Both the position numbers and the translations under genes were made by a program. A stretch of DNA of 64,000 nt from an uncultured delta proteobacterium (lineage in GTDB: Bacteria > Myxococcota > Kuafuiibacteriia > Kuafuiibacteriales > Kuafuiibacteriaceae). Below the pieces are notes generated by a model. The model searched no databases and was not told where the DNA came from. It saw nothing but the letters and a program-made list of their open reading frames with translations. This document shows, piece by piece, positions 62,316 to 64,000 of this stretch (position 1 is its first letter; each line of letters opens with the position of its first letter). The stretch covers positions 384,001-448,000 of the forward strand of contig CAWDML010000005.1 in NCBI GenBank assembly GCA_963803435.1, in the 5' to 3' direction.

Positions 62316-63325
62316 CGCGTGGCCCTGGACGTCAGCGTGTCGGCAACCAGCCGAGCAGCAGCGCCGCGCCCGCGCCCGCGATCGCCAGGCCGAGCGCGCA
62401 GTAGAACACGCGCGCACCGGTGGGCCCGACGAGCGACACCACCAGGCGAGCGCGCCGATCGTTCAAGAAGAACGGCCAGCCCATGGCACCGCCGAGGCAC
62501 GAGAACACACCGATCGCGATCAGCAGCCAGCCCACACGGATGGACATGGACCGGGCGGCGCCGGATCTCAACCTCGGATCGGCGCGCGTGACGGCCCTCG
62601 CCCAGGAAGCGGGGGAGCAGTCGATCGAAGACCTTCTCCCAGGTGCTCCAGCGGTGGCCGCCCGGCACCACCGCGACCCGGTCCTGCGGCAGCACCGCCG
62701 CCAGCAGGCGATCAGGACGCACGAAGCGATCCGACGCGCCGAAGCCGAGATACAGCGGAGGCCGGTCGGCGACGGTCGCGTAGCCGCGGAGCCAGCTCCA
62801 CACCTCGTGGAGCGCGCGCTCGTCCCGATCCTCGATCGCGGACGGATCGCCGGGCGCCCACGCGCGGAGCCCGCCGGCCTGCTCGATCGGTCGCCAGTCA
62901 CCCTCCTGGCCCAGGAAGGGCGAGAGCAGCAACATGCCGCTGATCTCGGGCGTGTGTTCCACTGAATAGATCACGGACCCGAAGCCCCCCAGCGAGATCC
63001 CGATCAGCTTGATCTCGCGGTAGCCGCGCGCGCGCAGCTGCGCGATGACGTCGGTCTCGAGACGCTCCGCCAGGTTGCGCTCCCGGTAGTAGCCGAAGTG
63101 GGCGTCGGTGGTGACCGCATCCCATCCCATCGCGTTGACCCGCGCGACGAAGCCGTGCTCGACGAACTTCTCCGGATCGTCGCCGAGCCCGGGGAGGAAC
63201 ACCACCACGCGCTGGGCCGGCGCGGGCGCGGCGTGGATCGTCATCGGCATGGGCACCAGCGCGGCGCGGGAGTAGAGGCAGCCGCTCGAGAGGAGCGCCA
63301 GCGCGACGACGGAGGTCCGCCTCAC
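62312..63325 (-). CDS. alpha/beta hydrolase lipoprotein (3' end uncertain)
   Basis: SSGC lipobox, FLPGLGD, GISLGG, GGHRWSTW. The domain ends near 62600; the rest of the frame reads through the Imm17-like gene. Confidence 0.75.
   Translation of the reverse strand: MRRTSVVALALLSSGCLYSRAALVPMPMTIHAAPAPAQRVVVFLPGLGDDPEKFVEHGFVARVNAMGWDAVTTDAHFGYYRERNLAERLETDVIAQLRARGYREIKLIGISLGGFGSVIYSVEHTPEISGMLLLSPFLGQEGDWRPIEQAGGLRAWAPGDPSAIEDRDERALHEVWSWLRGYATVADRPPLYLGFGASDRFVRPDRLLAAVLPQDRVAVVPGGHRWSTWEKVFDRLLPRFLGEGRHARRSEVEIRRRPVHVHPCGLAADRDRCVLVPRRCHGLAVLLERSARSPGGVARRAHRCARVLLRARPGDRGRGRGAAARLVADTLTSRATR
62332..62547 (-). CDS. Imm17-like small membrane protein
   Basis: LIAIGVFSCLGGAMGWPFFLNDRRARLVVSLVGPTGARVFYCALG matches the recalled Imm17 pattern W.FF...RAR..V...G..GAR.FY. 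Confidence 0.7.
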   Translation of the reverse strand: MSIRVGWLLIAIGVFSCLGGAMGWPFFLNDRRARLVVSLVGPTGARVFYCALGLAIAGAGAALLLGWLPTR

Positions 63326-63540
63326 CACGTCGCCACCAGCGCCAAGGCCGGGCCGAGCGCAGCTCGCGCGGACAGGACGGTGGGCACGATCCTGATCGAG
63401 GCCCACCGGTCGTCGCTGCCGAACCGCTCCGGCTCCAGGTTGCGCTTCCGCTCGCTCATCGGTCCTGGCGGCAGGGCGTGGGCCGCACGGCTCGCGACGG
63501 TGAGCAAGATCAGGATCAGAGCGGCGGCCAGGTTCCGCAT
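63322..63540 (-). CDS. small secreted hypothetical protein
   Basis: Signal peptide ending AHA; GTGA overlap with the hydrolase gene. Confidence 0.55.
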   Translation of the reverse strand: MRNLAAALILILLTVASRAAHALPPGPMSERKRNLEPERFGSDDRWASIRIVPTVLSARAALGPALALVATW

Positions 63541-63617
63541 CTCTGGAGCATGACCGGATGCTCACGGAGTCGCCAGGCCACCGCGCCCCGCGGAGGATCG
63601 GGGCTTCGGTCAGTCGC

Positions 63618-63761
63618 GACGCGTGGCCGTCGATCCGCCGCTACCACACCAAGCTCCACCAGCGCCCCAGCTTCGCCCGCGCCTTCGAGGAGGAGAAGGA
63701 GCTCTACGTCCAGGAGGTGACGAGGGGCGCCGCTCCGTCGTCGGTCCAGCCGGCGAGCTAG
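63618..63761 (+). pseudogene. glutathione S-transferase C-terminal remnant
   Basis: DAWPSIRRYHTKLHQRPSFARAFEEEKELY; its TAG stop is part of the CTAG at the IS boundary. Confidence 0.55.
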
Positions 63762-63827
63762 GAGCGTGTAGCGCGTAAGCGCTCACGCGACCCCGGTCCG
63801 GGTCCCGGTCCCGGTCCGGGTCCCGAT
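63758..63827. repeat. terminal inverted repeat of the IS, with (GGTCCC/GGTCCG)n array
   Basis: CTAGGAGCGTGTAGCGCGTAAGCGCTCACGCGACCCCGGTCCGGGTCCCGGTCCCGGTCCGGGTCCCGAT, inverted match to 1606-1674. Confidence 0.9.
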
Positions 63828-63847
63828 CTGAAGATGGCTGCCTTGAG

Positions 63848-64000
63848 TCAGACGCTCGCGACGGTCGCGAGCTTCGATCGGTAGAGCTTGAGCAGGTTGT
63901 GGGTGAGGCAGACGAGCGTCCACTCGGCTCGTACCTTGAAGAAGGAGCGTAGCGAGAACCGGCGGAATCCTCGTGCCGCTTTGATCTGTCCGAGCGCCGG
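63848..64000 (-). CDS. IS1182-family transposase, C-terminal 50 aa (partial)
   Basis: PALGQIKAARGFRRFSLRSFFKVRAEWTLVCLTHNLLKLYRSKLATVASV*, the typical IS1182 C-terminal pattern. Confidence 0.9.
   Translation of the reverse strand, partial: PALGQIKAARGFRRFSLRSFFKVRAEWTLVCLTHNLLKLYRSKLATVASV

Larger units (their letters stand above)
63758..64000 (-). mobile_element. IS1182-family element, right copy (partial: downstream end and transposase 3' end)
   Basis: CTAG + inverted repeat + transposase C-terminus. Confidence 0.85.

Overview
High-GC chromosomal segment whose gene content points to Myxococcota (an AglZ/FrzS-type pseudo-receiver coiled-coil protein, a Ser/Thr kinase with DUF4388-like tail, many Cys-rich and D-x-G-tethered lipoproteins); the taxonomy is inferred. 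Both window edges fall inside co-oriented copies of one IS1182-family element, which the ORF track missed. The left copy gives the transposase N-terminal part plus a divergent, frameshifted four-helix-bundle (Avd/23S-IVP-like) passenger gene. The right copy gives the transposase C-terminus. The two inner ends are ~70-bp inverted repeats that contain (GGGACC)n arrays and end at CTAG. Between them lie core-like blocks (acs, hrpB, orn, mog, sppA, M1/M2 peptidases, OmpA, DegP/Q, MATE), a set of secreted hydrolases including an mcl-PHA depolymerase, and two decayed accessory regions (~31.5-43.1 kb and ~60.5-63.8 kb) full of gene fragments. The second region starts at a tRNA-Val(CAC) gene cut exactly at the end of its anticodon loop. 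The best candidate for an undescribed system is the IS1182 + four-helix-bundle + hexamer-array element. All family calls come from recognising motifs by eye; no searches were run.
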